Source: Octopus bimaculoides (lineage: Eukaryota). From it: a stretch of 64,000 nt of DNA. This document shows, piece after piece, positions 22,898 through 35,141 of the stretch. A model generated the notes under the pieces. That model was not told the origin of the DNA and did not search any database. It worked only from the letters and a program-made list of their open reading frames with translations. The stretch spans positions 139,016,510 to 139,080,509 of the forward strand of contig NC_068981.1 of NCBI RefSeq assembly GCF_001194135.2, read 5' to 3'. The position numbers and the translations under genes are program-made. Positions within the stretch are counted from its first letter, which is position 1. Each line of letters starts with the position of its first letter.

Positions 22898-25800
22898 ATT
22901 TAAGTAATGAGATAGATCTTATTGTGATGTATTTTACTTATTCTAGTTTTTTATAATGGCAATATATTTACTGTCTTTTGAAATTTTGCTTTGCTATTGT
23001 AATAAATTTATATGTCCATAAGCTACATGCTCTTTTATTGGATTCAACCACTGAATTGTGGCCATGCTGGGGCACTGCCTTCTAGAATATAGTAAATTAT
23101 ACCAACCCAAGCAGTTATTTTATTGAACTGGGCAAGAATTGATCTGGCAGTAAAGAGTTGTAATCAAATATTACAAAATATTTTATCCTGCCATCTACTG
23201 GTTTTTCCATCGAAATGCTTATTTGTGTTGTATTTAAATACACAAGGTGGCAGTGCCCTGTAAAAAGCACCCAGTATACTCTGTAAAGTGGTTGATGTTA
23301 GGTCATCCAGCCAATAGAAACCATGCCAAAGCAGACAATTGAGGCCTGGTGCAGCTCTCTGGCTGGCCATTTCCTGCTAAACTGTCCAATCCATGCCAGC
23401 ATGAAAATTGGATGTTAACTGATGATGATGGTCAGTAAATTAGTACTCAGTAAATATTTATAAATGTATTCAGTGTTGTACTTTTGATCCATTAATTGTT
23501 TGCTTTGAAGAAGGGCCCTATCCAAAATATGTTCATTAAACCTCCATGGTACATGAACTTGTCTTAAAAAAAAATATTATAAGCTGTTTCTCAGATTTCC
23601 ATCAATTATCCATTGATAATTAATAAAGTCTTTCATAACTATTCACATTTCCATTTGCCATCGCTATGAACCAGAATGATATAACTGCATGGGATAAACA
23701 GGATTTAGATTAGAGGGAATTTTTGTTTTTAATATACAAAACCTCATTACCTCTTAATGTGTAGTTTTCAATTAATGATAACTGTACAGTTGTAGTGTCA
23801 TGTAACTTGCTCAATAGCCTATTCTTATTTAATTTTTGCTTAGAAGAAAGTGTCTCACTGAGAGTAATTACTCTCAGTTGTTACTCTTTTACTTGTTTCA
23901 GTCATTTGACTGTGGCCATGCTGGAGCACCACCTTTACTCGAACAAATCGACCCCAGGACTTATTCTTTGGAAGCCTAGTACTTATTCTATTGGTCTCTT
24001 TTGCCGAACCGCTAAGTTACGGGGACGTAAACACACCAGCATCGGTTGTCAAGTGATGTTGGGGGGACAAACACAGACACGCAAACACACACACACACAC
24101 ACACATACATATATACGACCGGCTTCTTTCAGTTTCCGTCTACCAAATCCACTCACAAGGCTTTGGTCGGCCCAAGGCTATAGTAGAAGACACTTGCCCA
24201 AGGTGCCACGCATGTGGTTGGTAAGCAAGCTACTTACCACACAGCCACTCCTGTTGATTTGATTTGTTTTAAATTTTGGTATGTAGTAACAGGTTGAAAT
24301 AGTTTATATTTTTAGTTTAAGAATTGGGATAATGTGGAATGGAATTGTTGTTTTGTCCCTAGTCAGCTCTGATTAAGCAAACCTTTGATTAAAAGCATTC
24401 AAACTATAACCATGCCATCTCTTTATATATTGAGGACTACATTGTGCAATGTAGCCTTCCTCTTTTTAAGATAGTAAGGGTGAGTTTCAGGAGGTTTTGA
24501 CATATTTCTAGCAAGTAATGTGATTACATAATGGCAACCTTGTTCACATTATAATTATTATTTTTAAAGTGGTAGTCTACAATTCTCCTTTCTATTTCTG
24601 AACAATCTTGTCCAGTCAAGAATAATGTGTTCTGCTGTTGAAACAAGTCTGAGCAAGTTGTGGTAGTTTCAATAGCTGTTAATTAAGCTTTTTTATCATG
24701 TGAGGTTTGTTTGATATTGAAAATTGATGGAAATAAACAAGCAGTTAATGCTGTAAACATCTTTTGCAAATTGGTTGTATATGTAATGTGATGATTTGTA
24801 TTCAATGATTCCATGTGGCAACTACTAAGCCATGTATGTTACATCATATTGACCATCACATGGGTTGTTGCCAACTTAATCCTTTAGCACTCAGATTTTT
24901 CTCTCGAATGTAATACTCATTCATTCACATTCATCATCATCATCATCATCGTTTAACGTCCGCTTTCCATGCTAGCATGGGTTGGACGATTTGACTGAGG
25001 ACTGGTGAAACCGGATGGCAACACCAGGCTCCAGTCTGATTTGGCAGAGTTTCTACAGCTGGATGCCCTTCCTAACGCCAACCACTCAGAGAGTTTTAAA
25101 TTAATCCTGCATTAACCCATAGTTTTGGGATTTAGGTGATGTGATTGTTTATTTTTATAACGACATTGTAGGGTAGCTATGAGAAGCCAGATCAGCTTAG
25201 TTTGATTATAAAACAAGAAGAATATTTGGGCCAGATTTGGCCGGATTGTTAGAAACTGTATGGTTTTGGTTTTGTATAAACTGATCAACAGCCAGTTCTT
25301 AGTATTATATAAAAGAAAAATGACATTGCAGACAGTAAGAGTAGGGATGCTGCTGTGAAGCTGTGGCTATCAGCAGAGAAATGCAGGACAGAGCTAATAT
25401 GTGTCAATCCTAAATAAAGAACCTTCAACAGTTACACTAAATCCCGGATGAGATTATCCTTTATATTTTTTTTTTATCTTTTACTTGTTTCAGTCAGATT
25501 GTGGCCATGCTGGGGTACTGCCTTGAAAATTTTTTAGTCAAATGAATCGACCCCAGTACTTTTATTTTGTAAGCCTGGTTCTTATTCTATTGATATCATT
25601 TGCCGAACTGCTAAGTTACGGGGACATAAACACACCGGCACTGGTTAAGTGGTGTTGAGTAGGCATAGGGTACAGTCACACACACACGCACACACATACA
25701 TCCATATATATGACAGGCTTCTTTCAGTTTCCATCTTACCAAATCCATTTACAAGGAGGCTATAACAGAGGACGCTTGTCCAAGGTACCACACAGTGGGA

Positions 25801-25982
25801 CAACCTGGAACTAAATGGTTGGGAAGGAAGGCATACCTGCACCTATGGCTTCTTACCACACAGCCATACCTGGGATTTTATTATGCTTAGATATTTTCTC
25901 TTCACCTAAATGTTTTTACAGTGTAGGAAGGCTGCATTTTAACTTAATTAAAAAATAATTGAAGCTTGTTTTCTCATTTCAG

Positions 25983-26087
25983 GTACCTTCAGCAGAATTA
26001 GCCAAACTTAAGATTGAAATTTCTGAACTTGAAAAACAAGAGAAAGAATTCTTTGACAAAGAAGAAGCTCTTAAGAAGAAGGAAAAA
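25983..26087 (+). CDS. CDC37: Cdc37 exon 4 (VPSAELAKLKIEISELEKQEKEFFDKEEALKKKEK)
   Basis: tttcag acceptor, GTATGT donor, 105 nt phase 0/0; ends in the KKEK that precedes PWNVD in Cdc37. Confidence 0.92.
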
Positions 26088-28517
26088 GTATGTAAACTGT
26101 ATGAATTGGATCTGTTTGTGAAGCATGTCATTAAATTATTTTCCAGCAAACTTATGAATTAATTGTTAACATAATGTATTATATTAAATATTTTTGTTAT
26201 TTCAGAAGTTTTCTGTTAAATTGACACACTTTAATTAAATATTGGACATAATAAGCATTAATCTGTGTGAAATTAAGTGTTGAGCAAAGCACTTCATTTC
26301 ACATTGCTCCAGTCCATTCATCATCCCTATCATCATTAAACGTCCATGTTCTATGCTAGCATAGGTGGGGCGGTACCACAAGAGCCGGTCAGGCTGAAGC
26401 CTGTACCACACTTCTGTAACTGTTTTGGCAGGATTTTTACAGCTGAATGCCATTCCTAACACTAACCATTCAGCAGAGTAGACTTAGTGCTTTTTATGTG
26501 GCACAAGCACAGCACTGGTGAGGTGAGTAGTGCTTTGAGTAATCCTGCAACCGACTGGTGTTCTGTCCAGGGAGGAATATGCATGTCGGAGAAACTGGGA
26601 AATTGGCCCTATGCTCCTTACAGAGTAATGTGGGCTAACTAGTATAAGAATATGAGACACAAAAAAAAGGAACAAAATCATTGACAGAACTCAAATGGTT
26701 TATAGCTTTGGTGACAGAAATACGACTTTAGTGTATGTCATTCCATTTCCATATTTTCAACTGTTTTTATTGTATTTCTACACTGCTGCATATGTAGTTT
26801 GAGTTGAACTATTAGACTTAAATGTAACCCACAAACTAGTGTTTAGAAATTTTGTTTGTTTACAATTAAACCAAAGTACTTGTTGATGTTCTGCCTCAGA
26901 GCAGCCTTGGTCCAACAGAAATATAATCAAAGGCGTTCCAGACTGTTTTTTGTTTCGATGCTTTTTTTTTTTTTTTTTTCATAGTGACTTAGGTTGGGTG
27001 AGGCTTACTCTTTACTCTTTTACTTGTTTCAGTCATTTGACTGCGGCCATGATGGAGCACCGCCTTTAGTCAAGCAAATCGACCCCAGGACTTATTCTTT
27101 GTAAGCCTAGTACTTATTCTATCGGCCTTTTTTGCCAAACCGCTAAGTTAAGGGGANNNNNNNNNNNNNNNNNNNNNNNNNNNNNNNNNNNNNNNNNNNN
27201 NNNNNNNNNNNNNNNNNNNNNNNNNNNNNNNNNNNNNNNNNNNNNNNNNNNNNNNNNNNNNNNNNNNNNNNNNNNNNNNNNNNNNNNNNNNNNNNNNNNN
27301 NNNNNNNNNNNNNNNNNNNNNNNNNNNNNNNNNNNNNNNNNNNNNNNNNNNNNNNNNNNNNNNNNNNNNNNNNNNNNNNNNNNNNNNNNNNNNNNNNNNN
27401 NNNNNNNNNNNNNNNNNNNNNNNNNNNNNNNNNNNNNNNNNNNNCTGAACCCGGAACCATGTGGTTGGTAAGCAAGCTACTTACCACACAGCCACTCCTG
27501 TTTCTTGAGACAATATTCTATACCTAGATGCTTTTCTTGATACCAACTCATTCATAATAGAAGTGGCAATCATAGTTAAGTAGCATTTTCCCTTGCAGAT
27601 GGAAAACTCCTTGCAATATATATTTACTTTAAGGATGCAAGCTGGCAGAAACGTTAGCATGCCAGGCGAAATGACTTCACATTCTGAGTTCAAATTCCGC
27701 CGAGGTCGACTTTGCCTTTTATCTTTTCAGGGTCGATAAATTAAGTATCATTTGCATACTGGGGTCAATCTAATCAACTGGCCCCCTTCCCCAAAATTTC
27801 GGACCTTGTGCCTAGAGTAGAAAAGAATATTTCTTTACTTTTTTTTATTATTGTACATGACTCCAACAAAGTTAGGAATGGTTTCCATTAAAAATTACTG
27901 ATTGTACGTGGTAATTAGCAATAAAGCAACTTGTTTGGAGTTAGAAAAGGAAAGAAAAAGCTAATGAGAAACTGCCTTAAAAATCATGAAACAATTGATG
28001 CAAAATTGAAAAGAATTTTGATTGAACTTATCTGGGGGAAACATGGAGAAGACAAATGTTTGTGGTGTGGTGGGGATTACTAGAGTAGAAACACTTCTTT
28101 CAAGAGGAGACAACAGCTGCCATAGGACAAGAACTAACATAAGATGAGCGACTTGATAAATAGTTGCCTTATGAGGCAGTAAGGGATATTTAGATATTTT
28201 CAAGGTATATTTTGTAGTTTTTAAAAAATTATTTTTTATTTTGAAAATTATAGGAATGTATTAAAGGAGTATGATTTTAGACAAATTATGATTTAATACT
28301 TGAATAGGGATTGAATTTTACCAAGTTTCATGTTCCAGTTTTCTTGAAATAGTATGTTTATACTGTGGTGTATTGTATATTAAGTAATTTTGCAAAAAGA
28401 ATTTTAAAAAATAAATCTTCTGAAATTGTGTTTAAGAAAATAGGTACAGTATATATTTTTTGAAGCTTAATTTAGGTTTATTAATTTAATACACTTAAAT
28501 TTTCTTTTCTATTCCAG

Positions 28518-28568
28518 CTTACTCCTTGGAATGTTGATACCTTGTGCCATGATAAATCTTCTAAAACT
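28518..28568 (+). CDS. CDC37: Cdc37 exon 5 (LTPWNVDTLCHDKSSKT)
   Basis: Conserved PWNVDT motif; ttccag acceptor, GTAAGT donor, 51 nt. Confidence 0.95.
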
Positions 28569-28936
28569 GTAAGTTCTCTTAAAAATACAATCATATTCAT
28601 TTACTGGTTTCTTTCTTTGAAGTGTAAAACCTTCAAAGTCAATTATAGTCTGCTGTAATTATTTTACCAGTCTGTCAAATACTTAACTTATCTCAATGTC
28701 AGGGACTTGAGTCAGACAAAAGTATCACAAAATGTTTGTTGTTTGATGCACAGATTTTTTTTTTTTGTTTTTTTCATTCCCTCTAAGCGATATATACATA
28801 TTCTTTTACAAGAATAATGTCAGCAATAACTGGGAAGTTTCTACCTGCTTAGCTTTCATTGAACAGTTTTGATAGAAGTCATTGTCAATACTTGTAAAAG
28901 AATAATAATCTACTTTACAAAAAAGTATTGAGTATA

Positions 28937-29104
28937 GGCACAGGAGTGGCTGTGTGGTAAGTAGCTTGCTTACCAACCACATGGTTCCGGGTTCAGTCCC
29001 ACTGCGTGGCACCTTGGGCAAGTGTCTTCTACTATAACCTCGGGCCGACCAAAGCCTTGAGAGCGGATTTGGTAGACGGAAACTGAAAGAAGCCTGTCGT
29101 ATAC

Positions 29105-29146
<42 letters not shown>

Positions 29147-29338
29147 ATTTGTCCCCCCACCATCGCTTGACAACTGGTGTGTTTATGTCCCAGTAACTTA
29201 GCGGCTCGGCAAAAAGAGACCGATAGAATAAGTACTAGGCTTACAAAGAATAAGTCCTGGGATGGATTTGCTCGACTAAAGGCAGTGCTCCAGCATGGCC
29301 ACAGTCACATGACTGTAACAAGTAAAAGAGTAAGAGTA
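28937..29338 (+). mobile_element. tRNA-headed SINE, family B (ggcacaggagtggctgtgtggtaagtagc...), full length
   Basis: tRNA-like head, internal (TA)n, taaaagag-type tail; copies at about 23881-24253 (-), 25483-25872 (-), 27006-27500 (-, gapped), 44105-44300 (-), 57855-58015 (-), 61077-61472 (-). Confidence 0.88.
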
Positions 29339-31297
29339 ATCCTTCAATTTAATGTGAAATAGTTTTTATTAAAATTTGTAATGGAAACAAGCATTTATCA
29401 TCATCATCATCATCATCATCGTTTAACGTCCGCTTTCCATNNNNNNNNNNNNNNNNNNNNNNNNNNNNNNNNNNNNNNNNNNNNNNNNNNNNNNNNNNNN
29501 NNNNNNNNNNNNNNNNNNNNNNNNNNNNNNNNNNNNNNNNNNNNNNNNNNNNNNNNNNNNNNNNNNNNNNNNNNNNNNNNNNNNNNNNNNNNNNNNNNNN
29601 NNNNNNNNNNNNNNNNNNNNNNNNNNNNNNNNNNNNNNNNNNNNNNNNNNNNNNNNNNNNNNNNNNNNNNNNNNNNNNNNNNNNNNNNNNNNNNNNNNNN
29701 NNNNNNNNNNNNNNNNNNNNNNTATATATATATATATAAGTCCAAGAATGGAAGTTACAGTATCATATTCTTTCTTTTGGGTTTCAATAATACATGGTTC
29801 AGATACATCATGAATATAAATGTGTGGATACAGCTTGGCTTTATAAACCCCCTTTTATCAGGCTTAAGCACAGTTTCCATCTAATTTTTCTCAAGTCATC
29901 GATCAACTTGAGACAGTTTAGGAGGTACTTGCCTAAGGTGCCATACATTGGGATTGAACCTAAAACCAAATGGTTGTTAAATGAAGTATTAACTACATAG
30001 CTATGCTTTTGGTAATTAATTTTGAAATTAAGAATTTGAAGAGATCTAGTAAAATAGCTTTTTAAACTGGTGTCTACGACATAAAAGGGTCCTATATTAA
30101 TTATTTTGATTTTTAAAAAATTTAGTTGTGAATAATTTAAAATGGGGAATCTTTGTATTAGGGTACTAGAGACTGTCCCCAGCAAGTTGATACCAACGAG
30201 GTTAAACATTTTAGAAGATGTATACGAGTTGCTCTGAGCTGTTGATTCTATATAGATTCAAAAATTCAATGAAGTTCCTATTTTATTCATTTGATGAATG
30301 AGACACTAAATACATAATTCAGTGGTGTAGATTAAAGAAAGTCAACAATCCGCTTGTGAAGACCTGTTGAGGCAAGTGAAATCGAAATCGAACTAAATTC
30401 GACGACTGGTACCCATGCCAACGTTGTTTCCTTCATTGGACACTAAACTCGGCTTGCGAAGACCTATTGGGGCAAGTGAAAGCGAAATCGTGATGGCACC
30501 TGTGCCCAGCGTCGCCTTCCTGGTACTTGTGTCGGTGGCGCGTGTAAAGACATTCGAGCGAGATCATTGCCAGTGCTGCTGGACTGGCTCCTGTGCAGGT
30601 GGCATTTAAAATACACCATTTTGAGCGTCGTCGTTGCCAGTACCGCCTGACTTGCCTTTGTGCTGGTGGCACGTAANNNNNNNNNNNNNNNNNNNNNNNN
30701 NNNNNNNNNNNNNNNNNNNNNNNNNNNNNNNNNNNNNNNNNNNNNNNNNNNNNNNNNNNNNNNNNNNNNNNNNNNNNNNNNNNNNNNNNNNNNNNNNNNN
30801 NNNNNNNNNNNNNNNNNNNNNNNNNNNNNNNNNNNNNNNNNNNNNNNNNNNNNNNNNNNNNNNNNNNNNNNNNNNNNNNNNNNNNNNNNNNNNNNNNNNN
30901 NNNNNNNNNNNNNNNNNNNNNNNNNNNNNNNNNNNNNNNNNNNNNNNNNNNNNNNNNNNNNNNNNNNNNNNNNNNNNNNNNNNNNNNNNNNNNNNNNNNN
31001 NNNNNNNNNNNNNNNNNNNNNNNNNNNNNNNNNNNNNNNNNNNNNNNNNNNNNNNNNNNNNNNNNNNNNNNNNNNNNNNNNNNNNNNNNNNNNNNNNNNN
31101 NNNNNNNNNNNNNNNNNNNNNNNNNNNNNNNNNNNNNNNNNNNNNNNNNNNNNNNNNNNNNNNNNNNNNNNNNNNNNNNNNNNNNNNNNNNNNNNNNNNN
31201 NNNNNNNNNNNNNNNNNNNNNNNNNNNNNNNNNNNNNNNNNNNNNNNNNNAAATTTTCTGTTTAATAAAAATGTGAAACTATGTTTTCTTCTAACAG

Positions 31298-31360
31298 TTA
31301 ATTAATGTAACTCAACCAAAAAGACAAGAACTGAGTGAAGAAGAAAAGACCAGAAGGCAA
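31298..31360 (+). CDS. CDC37: Cdc37 exon 6 (LINVTQPKRQELSEEEKTRRQ)
   Basis: ctaacag acceptor, GTAAGT donor, 63 nt phase 0/0; fills the linker between the PWNVD exon and the middle domain. Confidence 0.85.
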
Positions 31361-31523
31361 GTAAGTATATTTCAATTCTATTTTTCTTGTGTCCTGTAGC
31401 CAAGCTGAGACATTGGAAACAATCTAAAAATTGTATTTAAAAATCAATATAAGACAGTTATTTGAATCCAGGATTATACAAACTGTAAATTTCTAAAAGG
31501 AGATGAAAACAGCTGGAATTAAG

Positions 31524-31557
<34 letters not shown>

Positions 31558-31794
31558 ATTTTCTTTTATTCTTTCCATCATTTGACTGCAGCCATGCTGG
31601 AGCACTGCCTTCATTTGAGCAAATTGACCACATGACTTATTCTTTGTAAGCCTAGTAATTATTCTATCAGACACTTTTGCCAAACCACTGTTACAGGGAC
31701 GTAAACACACAGCATCGGTTGTCAAGCTATGTTGGGGTGCGGGGACAAACACACACACACACACATTCATCCATCCATCTGAACCAAATCTGAT

Positions 31795-32225
31795 GACTAG
31801 CACCCGTGCCAGTGGAGCGCTTACAGCACCATCCGAGCGGGATCACTGCCAGAGCAGCGATCTCGCTTCTGTGCCGGTGGCACGTAGAAAGCACCATTTG
31901 AGCGTGATCGTTTCCAGCTTCGCCTTACTGGCACTTGTGCAGGTGGCATGTGAACAAAACATTGGATTGACTCCTGTGCAGGTGGCACGTAAAATAACAC
32001 CATTTGAGCGTGGCCGTTGCCAGTACTACCGAACTGGCCCTCGTGCCAGTAGCATGTAAAAAGCACCCACTACACTCTCGGAGTGGTTGTCGTTAGGAAG
32101 GGTATCCAGCTGTAGAAACTCTGCCAGATCAGATTGGAGTCTGGTATAGCCATCTGGTTCGCCAGTCCCCAGTCAAATCGTCTAGCCCATGCTAGCATGG
32201 AAAGCGGACGTTAAATGATGATGAT
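31795..32225 (+). mobile_element. RTE-derived 3'-end element with (GAT)n tail (representative of the most abundant family here)
   Basis: Shares the modular tggcacgtaaaa-gcacc repeats and terminal segment with the RTE 3' UTR at 11590-11930, ending gcatggaaagcggacgttaaatgatgatgat; more than 20 partial copies in both orientations across the window. Confidence 0.88.
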
Positions 32226-32914
32226 NNNNNNNNNNNNNNNNNNNNNNNNNNNNNNNNNNNNNNNNNNNNNNNNNNNNNNNNNNNNNNNNNNNNNNNNNNN
32301 NNNNNNNNNNNNNNNNNNNNNNNNNNNNNNNNNNNNNNNNNNNNNNNNNNNNNNNNNNNNNNNNNNNNNNNNNNNNNNNNNNNNNNNNNNNNNNNNNNNN
32401 NNNNNNNNNNNNNNNNNNNNNNNNNNNNNNNNNNNNNNNNNNNNNNNNNNNNNNNNNNNNNNNNNNNNNNNNNNNNNNNNNNNNNNNNNNNNNNNNNNNN
32501 NNNNNNNNNNNNNNNNNNNNNNNNNNNNNNNNNNNNNNNNNNNNNNNNNNNNNNNNNNNNNNNNNNNNNNNNNNNNNNNNNNNNNNNNNNNNNNNNNNNN
32601 NNNNNNNNNNNNNNNNNNNNNNNNNNNNNNNNNNNNNNNNNNNNNNNNNNNNNNNNNNNNNNNNNNNNNNNNNNNNNNNNNNNNNNNNNNNNNNNNNNNN
32701 NNNNNNNNNNNNNNNNNNNNNNNNNNNNNNNNNNNNNNNNNNNNNNNNNNNNNNNNNNNNNNNNNNNNNNNNNNNNNNNNNNNNNNNNNNNNNNNNNNNN
32801 NNTATGGTAAGAAACAAGTTAAAAATAAGCGACCTGATTAATAATAGTAATAATAATAAAAATAATAATAGTAACATCGTTAGGAATGAGAACCCAGGTT
32901 CGAAATTTCCCCAA

Positions 32915-32960
32915 GACACCTGACGAAGGCTGGAGGGTATATCAGCCGAAACGTTGCGTT
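32915..32960 (+). ncRNA. Minimal type I hammerhead ribozyme motif in a Penelope-like terminal fragment
   Basis: gacac-CUGACGA-A-ggcug(loop)cagcc-GAAAC-GUU-gcguu: both core boxes, 5-bp stem II, palindromic stem III (AACGUU), stem I with one mismatch. Confidence 0.7.
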
Positions 32961-33877
32961 AACAACAAACAAGATGAGGACAAATATCTGTCAAATGTAA
33001 ATAATGTAAATAATGTTAATAATTCCTCATCTCTTAAATATAGAACTGTACTAAGTAATATTGTTAGCCAGGCGTGCCAACAGAAAACTTATGAAGTATT
33101 TTATCTGGATTGATAATCCCTCACTATTTGTTATACCGTGATTGACCATGCTATTGTATGTTGTTATACACCACTGATCACAATGTGCTTTGCATTGTTT
33201 TAGGTTTCAAATGATGCTACCCTACTGGTTAGACGAGCAGACCAACATTTTCCCTGATTGGAAGGTTCATTCTCTGGCAGGGTGATGCACTTACAGCTGA
33301 GTGGGTTGGAACTACTTGCTCAAGAACACAATGTGCCACCTGGTCCGGGAATGAAACCCATGATCTAGCGATTGTTAGTGCAAAAACCATAATCACTAGG
33401 TCATGCACCTTCGCACACATGTTAATGTGTGTGTAGGGGTGGGCGGGGCATGGTTTCTATGACTGCATGTCCTTCCTAACACCAGCTACTTTACAGTGTG
33501 CTGGGCACTTTTTACAATAGTATGTAAAAAGCACATGGCACACTCTGTAAAGTGGTTGGTATTAGGAAGAGCAAAAAGCGTCCAGTCATAGAAACCATGC
33601 CAAAACTGACAATTGGAATCTGGCCAGCTCCCTGGGTGGCCAGCTCCCTGGGTGGCCAGCTCCCTGGGTGGCCAGCTCCTGTCAAACCCATGCCAGCATG
33701 GAAAACACGTTAAATGATGATGATATCTATCTATCTATCTCTCTCTCTCTCTATATATATATATATAATTTATAGATAGGTGTTCTCTATATAGAGTACA
33801 CTTCAAAGTGCTCAAGAGATTTGAACTTGAGCCAGTAGATGAGTAATTATGAGGAGGAGCAAGTTCAGCAAATCAAT

Positions 33878-34090
33878 TTACACAGAATATTAAATACATT
33901 TGATAGAAAATAAATGTATATATGTATGGATATAAAATACTCCAGCTTACAGAATATAAATGATATCAGGAGTTAAATGGGTAAAACTCTACCCATTTAA
34001 CTCCTGGTATCTTTTATATACTGTAAGTCAGACTATATTCATACATATCTACATTTTTTTCCATCAAATGTATTTAATATTCTGTGTGAA
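33878..34090. mobile_element. Foldback MITE (about 210-bp imperfect palindrome)
   Basis: Inner arms aggagttaaatgggta / tacccatttaactcct are perfect; pairing extends out to cacagaatattaaatacatttgat / atcaaatgtatttaatattctgtg. Confidence 0.75.
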
Positions 34091-34982
34091 ACGACTAGCT
34101 TAACTTGCTTCTCATTACATTTACTTATATATATAAATAATATATGAGTATATGCATATATATGTACATGTATGTACATACCTTCATCTACATGTATATA
34201 TAGATGCATATCTGGGTACATGACGTTGCAAAAAAAAACGTGGACAAAACGATAAACAGGATACAGAAAACACACAGGCTACATAGAGAACATTTCCTTC
34301 ATCAGCTGCCACCNNNNNNNNNNNNNNNNNNNNNNNNNNNNNNNNNNNNNNNNNNNNNNNNNNNNNNNNNNNNNNNNNNNNNNNNNNNNNNNNNNNNNNN
34401 NNNNNNNNNNNNNNNNNNNNNNNNNNNNNNNNNNNNNNNNNNNNNNNNNNNNNNNNNNNNNNNNNNNNNNNNNNNNNNNNNNNNNNNNNNNNNNNNNNNN
34501 NNNNNNNNNNNNNNNNNNNNNNNNNNNNNNNNNATATATATATAAGGACTAATTTAGGATTGAATGAAGAGCATACATAAGTGTAGAGGCAATTTCAAAT
34601 GAGCATTCTCACCTCTCTTCTAAATCTGAGTAACCAAGTTGCTCTTCTATAGTGACTCAATAGTGCTTGTGACTCCCCCACCATTCTCCCATACTTTAAT
34701 CCTTCATCCCCTTGTATAAAGTTACTCTCCTTCCCCTGCTAATGCTGGTGGCACGGAACATAGCATCCAGTACATGCTGTAAAGTTATTGAAGGGCATCC
34801 AGCTGTAGAAAACATGTCAGAGCAGCTACTGGAACATGATGCAGCCCTTGGACTCATTGTGTAAAACTGTCCAATGCATGCCAAATAATATTCATTTGCC
34901 TTTATCCATCATATATTTTGTTTATTACTCTTCTTTCAGTTTAAATTGTGATTGTTTTTTTTTTTTTCTCTCTACTTTTAAG

Positions 34983-35141
34983 GAAATTTTCATAAAAGAA
35001 CACAAAAAAGAAGTTGAAAAATTTGGCATGATTAAAAGACCTCAGGATAGTATGGAATATTTGTTAGATAATAATCACTTGGTGTGTGAAGAAACAGCTA
35101 ATTACTTGGTTATGTGGTGTATTGAACTGGAGATGGAAGAG
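34983..35141 (+). CDS. CDC37: Cdc37 exon 7 (EIFIKEHKKEVEKFGMIKRPQDSMEYLLDNNHLVCEETANYLVMWCIELEMEE)
   Basis: Hsp90-binding domain motif HLVCEETANYLVxWCI; AAG acceptor after a long poly-T tract, GTAAGA donor, 159 nt. Confidence 0.96.

Noticed and set aside
24994-25020. CTGAGGActggtGAAAcc, hammerhead-like boxes on the reverse strand of GAT-tailed elements
   Set aside because: The 5 nt between the boxes cannot form stem II, and no stem I or III is evident.
34200-34313. Minus-strand gcagCTGATGAagg next to a gap, possibly a Penelope-like end
   Set aside because: No stem II followed by GAAA; cannot be called a ribozyme.
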